A DNA stretch of 20,000 nucleotides from an uncultured virus (IMG/VR IMGVR_UViG_3300022555_000047) (taxonomy: Duplodnaviria > Heunggongvirae > Uroviricota > Caudoviricetes): the IMG/VR virus record IMGVR_UViG_3300022555_000047, one strand, 5' to 3'. A model generated the notes under the pieces. That model saw only the letters and a list, made by a program, of their open reading frames with translations, ran no database searches and was not told the origin of the DNA. How positions within the stretch are numbered: the stretch's first letter is position 1; each line of letters opens with the position of its first letter. Below, piece by piece: positions 1 through 6,415 of this stretch. The position numbers were made by a program, and so were the translations under genes.

Positions 1-62
1 TACTCTATTCTCTTCTATTCTATTCTCTTCTGATGTTACATTTGTAACATTGATTGTTACAT
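1..62. repeat. Iteron-like repeats within the initiator gene (possible replication origin)
   Basis: ATGTTACA-TT-TGTAACAT inverted repeat at 33-50, a further TGTTACA at 55-61, and tandem TCTATTC/TCTTC repeats at 4-30. Lambdoid-type origins lie inside the initiator gene linker. Confidence 0.5.
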
Positions 63-423
63 CTTTTCGTTTTGCCCTTGATTTTGCTACTCTTTCTGCA
101 ACTGTGAGGTTATGTTCTTGCCTTTTTTCCCAGTTTAGTACCGATATTCGTCCATCTTTGTCACAGTCTATCATTTTTAAGTTTTGAAACTTTATTAGTA
201 CCCCAAGTGCTTTTTCCCAGTCTTCTGGGTGGTATGGGTCAAATTGTATTCCTGATCTGTTTAATAAACTTTCTACAGTTAGAAATTCAATAACACCATC
301 GTCTCCCATACTGGCCATTGACAAAATTGTAATCCAACACGATCTTTCGATTGGGTTTAATCTTTCGATTTTTGGATCACTGAGGTACTCTCCTCCATAA
401 AATTTAAACCATTGATTTGCCAT
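1..423 (-). CDS. Phage replication initiator / replisome-organizer-like protein, N-terminal part (runs off the left edge)
   Basis: Not in the ORF track. Manual translation from ATG at 423: MANQWFKFYGGEYLSDPKIERLNPIERSCWITILSMAS...ISVLNWEKRQEHNLTVAERVAKSRAKRKDVTINVTNVTSEENRIEENRV. The W-F-K..D-P-K start, NWEKRQ and ERV-x-K-x-R motifs and the low-complexity linker are typical of phage replication organizer N-termini. It lies downstream of the recombination genes. Confidence 0.8.
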   Translation of the reverse strand, partial: MANQWFKFYGGEYLSDPKIERLNPIERSCWITILSMASMGDDGVIEFLTVESLLNRSGIQFDPYHPEDWEKALGVLIKFQNLKMIDCDKDGRISVLNWEKRQEHNLTVAERVAKSRAKRKDVTINVTNVTSEENRIEENRV

Positions 424-428
424 TTTTA

Positions 429-492
429 TTTGTTTTTCTAGCCCTACCTTGACGCTTTGTAAGTATCAAGGTGAGGCTAGAAAATACAAAGC
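429..492 (-). promoter_or_regulatory. Long stem-loop in the 5' leader of the initiator gene
   Basis: TTTTCTAGCC (434-443) pairs with GGCTAGAAAA (475-484), ACCTTGA (446-452) with TCAAGGT (466-472), and TTTGT (429-433) with ACAAA (486-490). Loop GCTTTGTA (454-461) is also complementary to TACAAAGC (485-492). Confidence 0.75.
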
Positions 493-502
493 TAATTTCT
501 AA

Positions 503-566
503 TCGACCTACATTAATAATTATACTACTTTTTTTATTTCTATCTAGCGACCTGTGGATAACTAAA
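503..566 (-). promoter_or_regulatory. Sigma70-type promoter with an upstream DnaA box, driving the initiator gene
   Basis: Minus strand: TTATCCACA (561-553), TAGATA (546-541), 16-nt spacer, TATAAT (524-519), then AGGTCGA (509-503). Confidence 0.65.
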
Positions 567-1113
567 TACCTTTTAAGTTGGCCGTGAGTCTTTCGTAGAC
601 TTTCTTTTGGTTGGCTTTCAAAGTGTCGTATTCTGCCGGTGTCAGTACTTTATTAAACGGATCCGTTTTTGGTAGTGGTATCTTTGTTTCTTCTTCGATT
701 CTCTCTAAAAGTTCCATAAACTCTGAGATATTTAAGTCTGCAGTGCTTTTTACTACTCGCACTTTATCTCCGTATACCTCGGTTATTCCCTCTGACAAAA
801 ACTTACCCTTGACCCATGCTTTCAATTCTTTCATTGAGTGGCCAGAGGATGTTCCGATCAGCGAGAGTTAGAGGTGGAAGTAATTATTTTGTGCCTCGCT
901 TCTTTTGGGCCGTTTGTTTGTGATGTACATTGAAACTTCGTCACCTATTTTGCACGTTTCGTTTAAGAAGTGTCTGTATAGCATCGGAGCATTCATCATG
1001 ATGCTTCTCACGCTTTCCATCACTCCTATTTGATTTTTTTGTTGAGTCAACACTACTCTCCCTGCGAAGTTTTGGGAGGTGTACGTTGGAAGTGTTTTTT
1101 TAATTTTTGTCAT
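562..1113 (-). pseudogene. ninB: NinB/Orf-family recombination accessory protein with one in-frame TAA (868-870)
   Basis: Track ORFs 868..1173 and 562..834 are in the same frame: ...RPKRSEAQNNYFHL*LSLIGTSSGHSMKELKAWVKGKFL...STADLNISEFMELLERIEEETKIPLP. KRS-x-x-QN-x-Y, ST-x-x-L...EF and the terminal LP are NinB-like. Likely start is ATG at 1113 (MTKIKK). Confidence 0.7.
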
Positions 1114-1453
1114 TTTTAGTTGGAAATAAAAATCTTGTAATATTAAATCTTTCCTCTTGGTTAAAACTTTCATCTAGTTCTTGAAACACCTTGTTGAATC
1201 TTTTAATAAGGATACCTAGGTCTGAACAAAGATCATTAAATTCTTCCCCTGTGATTTCTCCGACTTTCACTCTATTTTTAACCATTGACTTTATACTCAC
1301 ACAAGCCCTGCAGGGGTTATAAAACCATCCTGTTTCTTTTTCCCATTGAATGTAATAGCAGTCTTCTCCAAGAACACACGTCACAATTCTATATTCCCCC
1401 CAATTGTTCAACAAGATATCTCCATTTTTTACTAATTTATTTTCTTCATTCAT
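1100..1453 (-). CDS. Hypothetical protein (117 aa)
   Basis: Overlaps both neighbours by a few bases on the coding strand; no recognisable motif. Confidence 0.65.
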   Translation of the reverse strand: MNEENKLVKNGDILLNNWGEYRIVTCVLGEDCYYIQWEKETGWFYNPCRACVSIKSMVKNRVKVGEITGEEFNDLCSDLGILIKRFNKVFQELDESFNQEERFNITRFLFPTKNDKN

Positions 1454-1904
1454 AAAATTTAAGTACCTTTTTTAAGCTAGTAATCGCACTTTGTATCGCC
1501 CATTTTTTATCTCGAGTGTTTTGGTCTTCTCCCTTTATTTCAATTGGTACATTTCCTTGGTTTTTTACTAATTCTAGGAAAGTGTCGAGATAAATCACAC
1601 ACTTTGTGTCTTCCATCGGTTCGTGTTCCACGTGAAACACTAGTATCGGCTCTCGACGAAGACTCTCCAATTTCTTGGTTTGTCTCCACCAGTCCTGTAT
1701 TGCTATGGTTTTTTGGTTTTTACACTCTATCCCTGCATTTTGGCCGAGTACCATCATCGAAGTCCAGATGTCAGCTTTTTCTGTGTTTCCGTTGCCGGAG
1801 CCGTGTGATCTGTATGCCTTGGGGTCAATTCCTTTTTCTCGAATTTGCTTGACCACATATTCCTCGAGTATTTTTCCTTTAGCTATGTATGATTTTGGGG
1901 TCAT
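1446..1904 (-). CDS. Holliday-junction resolvase, PD-(D/E)XK (Hjc-like) type
   Basis: KGKILEEYV...RSHGSG...KADI...GIECKNQK...WWRQ...PILVFH. Start re-placed at MTPKSY (1904); the track start at 1994 overlaps the upstream gene heavily. Confidence 0.8.
   Translation of the reverse strand: MTPKSYIAKGKILEEYVVKQIREKGIDPKAYRSHGSGNGNTEKADIWTSMMVLGQNAGIECKNQKTIAIQDWWRQTKKLESLRREPILVFHVEHEPMEDTKCVIYLDTFLELVKNQGNVPIEIKGEDQNTRDKKWAIQSAITSLKKVLKFYE
1624..1639. promoter_or_regulatory. parS: parS site (ParB/Spo0J binding site), perfect consensus
   Basis: TGTTCCACGTGAAACA, a 16/16 match to the consensus TGTTNCACGTGAAACA; embedded in the resolvase CDS (codons VFHVEH). Confidence 0.75.
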
Positions 1905-2061
1905 AGTTAATTGCTTTATCGAGTAATTCTTTCTCGTCTTCGACCCCTGCTGTTTCAAGTTTGAACATGGTGACCACATGAGTTTTTGGGTCAAGCCACT
2001 TTATTGCTTTTGGTCTGCCCTCCTCGGATATGAAGAGGGCGCTATCTAGAAAAGTTTCCAT
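1879..2061 (-). CDS. Hypothetical protein (60 aa)
   Basis: METFLDSALFISEEGRPKAIKWLDPKTHVVTMFKLE...; ATG at 2061 lies 1 nt after the upstream TAA at 2063. Confidence 0.65.
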   Translation of the reverse strand: METFLDSALFISEEGRPKAIKWLDPKTHVVTMFKLETAGVEDEKELLDKAINYDPKIIHS

Positions 2062-2062
2062 G

Positions 2063-2374
2063 TTATTTGAATACGCAATGATTAATAAAAAACTTCGTAT
2101 AAATTTCAGGATATTTTGCACAAAGGTATTTATTATAAGCTATGCTATAGCCACCATGATGTTGAGATGCTACTGGAGCAGGAGTTTCTACTGTGGTTGT
2201 GTCACCTGTATCTACTGGGTCAGTTCTACCTACACAGCATCTCCCGAATGGTGGATGCGTTGGTAAGACTAAAGGTTTCACTCCATCTGTTGGGAGCACC
2301 GATGTTCCTCTTGCTAGGGCATTACTACCGATTAAACTTGCTAACACTACTACTATTGCTATATATTTCTTCAT
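2063..2374 (-). CDS. Small exported protein with a Sec-type signal peptide
   Basis: MKKYIAIVVVLASLIGSNALA| is a basic N-region, hydrophobic core and A-x-A cleavage motif; Pro/Thr-rich mature part with 4 Cys. Confidence 0.7.
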   Translation of the reverse strand: MKKYIAIVVVLASLIGSNALARGTSVLPTDGVKPLVLPTHPPFGRCCVGRTDPVDTGDTTTVETPAPVASQHHGGYSIAYNKYLCAKYPEIYTKFFINHCVFK

Positions 2375-2411
2375 TTTTTAGCGTTGGTCGCTACCCTATT
2401 TAACTAACTTT

Positions 2412-3347
2412 TTAATATTCGGGATTATAAAACCAATCGGTTTTTTTGTCCCATTGATAAAGATTTTTTGCTGATAAAAATGCATCCATGTCGTACTCTC
2501 GCATTCCTTTTTTTTTGTCGAGGAATTTTGCTTCGAATACTTGGTATGGAGGTATCGGGAAGTCTTTGTATTCTTTCCCTTTTATTTCAGCAATTTTACG
2601 CTTGATAACTTTTTTTCGATTTTCTCTGCGTAGGTATTCTGCTTCTGTGTATTTTGAGAAGCGCAGAGCCCATCGGCCTTTGTACACTTTTTTCTTTCGC
2701 TCTTCTTCGTCTGCATCACAATAACTCGCAGTCTGCATCCTTACGCTGTTATAAAGCCCATTAGAGCTCTTAAAATCGCATAGGCAGAGGTCTCCATCCA
2801 CAATCACCTCCAAGTCCATTGTACCCATGTAATCGTGCTTTAGGGAATAAACCATGCGTTCTGAGGACACGTATTTTGGCCTATGCTCCTTTTCCCATTG
2901 GAAGAATGCATTTACTCCGTTCATTGCCTCTGGAGAGTTTGGTATCTCGGGGATTTCGTTGTACCCCTTTACTTTCAATTTAAACTTGATGTACTTTTCT
3001 AGCCATTCGTGCATCTCATGTCCGATGTCGGCGGCCTCGTCTTTTGCGATATCGTTTTGGATAACCGCCTCGATGGCCAAATCTTCGCTTATTGGTACTC
3101 TTTTTTCAATGAGTTTCAAGAGGAAGTCTGCCGTCATCTGTTGTTGCCACGATCCTAGTGCAGTGCTTTTGTCTTTGATTCCTATGAAAGTTGTTGATCC
3201 ACTTTTTCTTTTGAATGGAAGTCCCCGGACGCTCACCCAATACTGGTGTGAAAGTGGATAGAATTTAACTTTTACTTTTCCTCCGTATAATTCACTCTCG
3301 ATAAATTTCGGCTCTTCACATTCTTCTGTTTTTATTTTTTTAGCCAT
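2412..3347 (-). CDS. PD-(D/E)XK exonuclease (recombination nuclease partner of Sak)
   Basis: HQYW...SGSTT, AADIGHEMHEWLE, SERMVYS..DYMGTMDL...LCDFKSS...MQTASY motifs; adjacent to the Rad52-like annealase. Confidence 0.85.
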   Translation of the reverse strand: MAKKIKTEECEEPKFIESELYGGKVKVKFYPLSHQYWVSVRGLPFKRKSGSTTFIGIKDKSTALGSWQQQMTADFLLKLIEKRVPISEDLAIEAVIQNDIAKDEAADIGHEMHEWLEKYIKFKLKVKGYNEIPEIPNSPEAMNGVNAFFQWEKEHRPKYVSSERMVYSLKHDYMGTMDLEVIVDGDLCLCDFKSSNGLYNSVRMQTASYCDADEEERKKKVYKGRWALRFSKYTEAEYLRRENRKKVIKRKIAEIKGKEYKDFPIPPYQVFEAKFLDKKKGMREYDMDAFLSAKNLYQWDKKTDWFYNPEY

Positions 3348-3349
3348 GA

Positions 3350-4114
3350 TTATTTTTTAATTGGTTTATGATTTTTGGAACAATCCTTGCATAGGATTTT
3401 TCCATAGACTCTTTTACTAAAGTCAGCCCCGGCTTGGCTCACTATTCCATCGCAGTCTTGACACACTAACACTGGGTCTCCATCTGGCCCCGGCTTGGAT
3501 CCCGGTGGTGGTAGCGCCGGTTTATCTAAGTCGACATTGGTCTCTGCTTTGAATTCTGCCTTACCATAAATGTCTGATGCTATCCCTAGGAGGGAAGCAC
3601 ATTTTTTTAATGAGTCCGTAGATGCCGACTTCAAGTCGTTTCCATAATCGAGCATCTGCTTTGTGCCTTTTAAAAACTTTATATCTGATCTACCGAATTG
3701 GCTCTTTGTGATCACGTGGCCGTGGTCATCTTTTACTGTCAGTTTTCCTTGTACCCACACTTGGTCTCCCTCTTTTCCGTGAGCTATTATTTCGAAGTCC
3801 CAATTCCATCCGAATGTAAAATTCAAAACTTTTTCGACGTAGTTGCCTGTGACGTAGCTCCATCGTTGGCCACCTTTCCCCGGTCGAGTGTAGACGTGCT
3901 GTGGTGGGGTTTTTTGTACCATCTGTACCACTTGCTTTTCACTGAGCCATGTCCTTGGGATCATGTACTTGCCTCCGTCTTTCATTGGGAGGACATCTTT
4001 TTCCGTTGGGGTTGGCATCGGTTGTACTTTTATCACAATTTCCTGCGATACTTTTTTGGCAGGGTTTTTTTTCAAACTCTTTGCCTTTTTGGTTTTTGTT
4101 TTTTTCTTTGCCAT
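3350..4114 (-). CDS. sak: Rad52/Rad22-family single-strand annealing protein (Sak-like) with a C-terminal CxxC...CxxC zinc ribbon
   Basis: RPGKGGQRWSYV...VEKVLNFTFGWNWDFEI...KSQFG...GNDLKSASTDSLKKCASLLGIASDIY; C-terminal CQDC...CKDC. Confidence 0.88.
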   Translation of the reverse strand: MAKKKTKTKKAKSLKKNPAKKVSQEIVIKVQPMPTPTEKDVLPMKDGGKYMIPRTWLSEKQVVQMVQKTPPQHVYTRPGKGGQRWSYVTGNYVEKVLNFTFGWNWDFEIIAHGKEGDQVWVQGKLTVKDDHGHVITKSQFGRSDIKFLKGTKQMLDYGNDLKSASTDSLKKCASLLGIASDIYGKAEFKAETNVDLDKPALPPPGSKPGPDGDPVLVCQDCDGIVSQAGADFSKRVYGKILCKDCSKNHKPIKK

Positions 4115-4147
4115 AACTTTAATTATTTATTAAAAACTTTTATAATG

Positions 4148-4306
4148 TTATCTGTCTCCGGGTGTTGCTCCAGAGAAGTCATCTGGTTCCCACACATCTC
4201 CACAGTATTCGCAGAATGTGGTATTCATTTCTGTTATCCAGTGATGACCTTTTTTTTCGCATTCGAATTGTTCTGTTTCGTCTTCTTCTCTTTCCTCTTT
4301 TTCCAT
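4148..4306 (-). CDS. Small acidic zinc-finger-like protein (52 aa)
   Basis: Manual translation: MEKEEREEDETEQFECEKKGHHWITEMNTTFCEYCGDVWEPDDFSGATPGDR; C-x3-GH-x-W...CxxC. Confidence 0.6.
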   Translation of the reverse strand: MEKEEREEDETEQFECEKKGHHWITEMNTTFCEYCGDVWEPDDFSGATPGDR

Positions 4307-4407
4307 GATAGCTTTGATATTTTTTTGTAATGTTCGACACCTAGTTTTTCTCTTGTTGCCTCGCCACCTTTCCTACCGAGGGCTACCGCATTTTTATTTT
4401 TAGACAT
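4234..4407 (-). CDS. Small basic KGG-motif protein (57 aa), probably nucleic-acid binding
   Basis: Manual translation: MSKNKNAVALGRKGGEATREKLGVEHYKKISKLSWKKRKEKKTKQNNSNAKKKVITG; AVALGRKGG resembles KGG-repeat small proteins. Confidence 0.65.
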   Translation of the reverse strand: MSKNKNAVALGRKGGEATREKLGVEHYKKISKLSWKKRKEKKTKQNNSNAKKKVITG

Positions 4408-4525
4408 TGTAATAAATTATGGTTAACCCTATTGCCACTATAAATATGGTTGCTAAAAATCCCGCAAGGAACCCTCTCCAATAGCCAGCAACTTCTATTT
4501 TTCGTATCTCTTTATCGGTTATCAT
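4400..4525 (-). CDS. Small single-pass membrane protein (41 aa), first gene after the early promoter
   Basis: Manual translation: MITDKEIRKIEVAGYWRGFLAGFLATIFIVAIGLTIIYYNV; stop overlaps the next ATG. Confidence 0.6.
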   Translation of the reverse strand: MITDKEIRKIEVAGYWRGFLAGFLATIFIVAIGLTIIYYNV

Positions 4526-4550
4526 TTTTTTTATTTTTGTTTTTTAATAT

Positions 4551-4615
4551 TCGACCTTTCCTACATATTACTATGCGAGCGTTTGCTTTGCAAGCGGTAG
4601 CTGTGGATAACTAAA
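4551..4615 (-). promoter_or_regulatory. Early sigma70-type promoter with an upstream DnaA box
   Basis: Minus strand: TTATCCACA (4610-4602), TTGCAA (4593-4588), 17-nt spacer, TAATAT (4570-4565), then AAAGGTCGA (4559-4551). Confidence 0.7.
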
Positions 4616-4638
4616 AAGGGGGAGAATGAGTCCCCCTT
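4613..4638 (-). terminator. Rho-independent terminator ending the upstream transcript
   Basis: AAGGGGGA (4616-4623) / TCCCCCTT (4631-4638) stem with a 7-nt loop and a T-tract on the minus strand, 2 nt after the stop of 4641..4862. Confidence 0.8.
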
Positions 4639-4640
4639 GA

Positions 4641-4862
4641 CTATCCACTATTAAAGCGGAAGCCTATTTTTTGAACATTGTGATCTCTACAACCATTTAC
4701 AAAGTGAATGAAAAGCACTCGTCTTTCCATGACACAATTTGTCGGAGTATCGTTCGTGCAGTCAAGAAGATTTTGGCAGAAGTCGCATTGACTTTTTATT
4801 GCACCATCTTCATTGACACCACATCCGATAATCCGTCTACACGAAACGCAAATGATTAACAT
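4641..4862 (-). CDS. Cys-rich small protein (73 aa), putative metal-binding
   Basis: CVSC...C...CDFC...C...C...C (8 Cys); SD AAGGAG (4873-4868) 5 nt before the ATG; terminator directly after. Confidence 0.7.
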   Translation of the reverse strand: MLIICVSCRRIIGCGVNEDGAIKSQCDFCQNLLDCTNDTPTNCVMERRVLFIHFVNGCRDHNVQKIGFRFNSG

Positions 4863-4879
4863 AATAACTCCTTTCTTTT

Positions 4880-5122
4880 TTAGAATACAAAATCTTTGTA
4901 AAATCTTTTTTGTCCTTCTTTGATTAGTTTTACTCTTATTAAAAGAGCAATGATTTCATCAAGAGTAAGATTTTTAAAAAGCAAATGATATGCTTCATGT
5001 CGTCTTACATCAAGATGGAGAAGATTACTTTCAATAGATTGCCCGCCTCTACTACGAGGTTTGAGATGGTGAACATTTGTTTTACCAGTCCTGACCCATT
5101 CTCTTCTTGTTTTGTTTTTCAT
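4880..5122 (-). CDS. Minimal HNH-motif protein (80 aa)
   Basis: NVHHLKPRSRGG...SNL...RRHEAYH fits the HH-x-x-P-x-x-x-GG...N...H...H HNH pattern; SD GGAGG (5132-5128). Confidence 0.75.
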   Translation of the reverse strand: MKNKTRREWVRTGKTNVHHLKPRSRGGQSIESNLLHLDVRRHEAYHLLFKNLTLDEIIALLIRVKLIKEGQKRFYKDFVF

Positions 5123-5165
5123 TTGTCCCTCCGTTTTTAAGTTGTCAATTAACTAATTTATTCTA

Positions 5166-5195
5166 TAAAAGGCACCCCTCCTCGGATGCCTTTTA
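5166..5195 (-). terminator. Probable (bidirectional) intrinsic terminator after khpA
   Basis: TAAAAGGCA (5166-5174) / TGCCTTTTA (5187-5195) inverted repeat, 8 nt after the khpA stop. Confidence 0.7.
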
Positions 5196-5203
5196 AGATT
5201 AAA

Positions 5204-5518
5204 CTAGTATTCTTTTCTAAGTGGAGCACTCCCCACATCTTTTGCTTCGTTGTATGCGTTGTCTACTTCTTTGACCCGTGGATCTACGATTTTTAGGTTA
5301 ACTCTTTCTTTGTCTTTCATACCGACTATTCGAATAAGTATTCGAAGTGCCTTTGCCGTATTTCCCTCTCGCCCGATAACTTTTCCCATATCGGCAGGAT
5401 TTACTTTTAAGGTTAAGAGCACTCCTAGTTCATCCATTTTTCGAGTTACTTCTACATCGTTTGGGAAGTCCACTAATTCTTGCACAGTTGATAACAAAAA
5501 CTTTTCGTCGTTTTTCAT
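5204..5518 (-). CDS. khpA: KH-domain RNA-binding protein, KhpA/YlqC (UPF0109) family
   Basis: LVDFPNDVEV...GVLLTLKVNPADMGKVIGREGNTAKALRILIR..G......VNLKI; intact GxxG loop (IGREG) and the family signature D-M-G-K-V-I-G. Confidence 0.92.
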   Translation of the reverse strand: MKNDEKFLLSTVQELVDFPNDVEVTRKMDELGVLLTLKVNPADMGKVIGREGNTAKALRILIRIVGMKDKERVNLKIVDPRVKEVDNAYNEAKDVGSAPLRKEY

Positions 5519-5549
5519 ATAAGTATATTTATTTTTTTCACATTATTTA

Positions 5550-5780
5550 TTAATAGTTTTCAGGCACTTGCACCTGATAGGTTTCGCACAATTTTTTTAA
5601 GAAAGATGCGAGGGTTCCGATTACCCACATGGCGATTGGAGCATAGGCTCCGAAGTTGAAATCTTTTAGTATTCCTAACAAATAAAAAGCCACAGTCAGA
5701 CCTGCTATCCAAGCACTGTGTTTAAGAACAGATTTAACCCCGTCCCAATTTATTTTTCCAAATCCTAATGTTTTTATCAT
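5550..5780 (-). CDS. Putative holin / small two-helix membrane protein
   Basis: Two hydrophobic segments (AWIAGLTVAFYLLGIL; YAPIAMWVIGTLASFL); directly downstream of a lysozyme-like gene. Confidence 0.6.
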   Translation of the reverse strand: MIKTLGFGKINWDGVKSVLKHSAWIAGLTVAFYLLGILKDFNFGAYAPIAMWVIGTLASFLKKLCETYQVQVPENY

Positions 5781-5809
5781 ATATTTATTTTTGGTTTATA
5801 ATTCGACCT

Positions 5810-6292
5810 TTACGTATTTAACTCCTTTATTGGCGTACTTGTTGTCACTCCTCCTCCGATTCTATCAGCGACAAATTTGGCGTAGTGTGCAGGATTATTC
5901 CCATCAGATGATGGAGAATAAATTGATTGAAATTTCAAGAGACTCATTTCTGGACGATAAGTTTTTGATTTTCCAGTACAGGCATTTACTAAAAGATTTT
6001 TTAGGGCATCGTATCCGTGTTGGTAGGTACTAAATTTACAAAAACCATTATCATTGAAAGCATGAGCTTGTCCCACGTATCGCAAATTCCCCGGATTATT
6101 TCTTTCGAGTTTTGCTCCCTCCATAACTTTAATAGCATCTATCCATCGGTTAAGTCTCCCCGTTGTTATTGGTGGGGCCGATGGTTGAGTTGGTGTTGGT
6201 TGTTGGATTGGATTAGGAGTTGGTATTGGAATCGGTTGTGGTGCCGTTTTCATAAATAATTCTCTAAAAAATTGTATAATTTTATTCATCAT
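5810..6292 (-). CDS. Lysozyme-like (NNPGN-motif) muramidase, endolysin candidate
   Basis: AIKVMEG...RNNPGNLRY...GFCKFST...GYDAL...YSPSSDGNNPAHYAKFVA; N-terminal amphipathic helix and Pro-rich linker. Start re-placed at MMNKIIQFF (6292 or 6289) because a separate small ORF occupies 6282..6413. Confidence 0.7.
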   Translation of the reverse strand: MMNKIIQFFRELFMKTAPQPIPIPTPNPIQQPTPTQPSAPPITTGRLNRWIDAIKVMEGAKLERNNPGNLRYVGQAHAFNDNGFCKFSTYQHGYDALKNLLVNACTGKSKTYRPEMSLLKFQSIYSPSSDGNNPAHYAKFVADRIGGGVTTSTPIKELNT

Positions 6293-6413
6293 CGTCTTCA
6301 TTAAATTCTTCTTCTCTATCCTCTGTCTCTGTTGCTTCGTCTCCTGAGGAAATAATATCGGGAGAACTATCTCTCTGCCAGTCCACATTGTTGTCGTTGT
6401 AATTGTCAGGCAT
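6282..6413 (-). CDS. Highly acidic micropeptide (43 aa)
   Basis: Manual translation: MPDNYNDNNVDWQRDSSPDIISSGDEATETEDREEEFNEDDDE; ATG 2 nt after the ATP-grasp TGA; stop overlaps the start of the next gene. Confidence 0.6.
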   Translation of the reverse strand: MPDNYNDNNVDWQRDSSPDIISSGDEATETEDREEEFNEDDDE

Positions 6414-6415
6414 TA

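Noticed and set aside
5143..5148. TTGACA on the minus strand as the -35 of a cassette promoter
   Set aside because: It lies only about 20 nt before the ATG at 5122; no -10 hexamer fits at the proper spacing.
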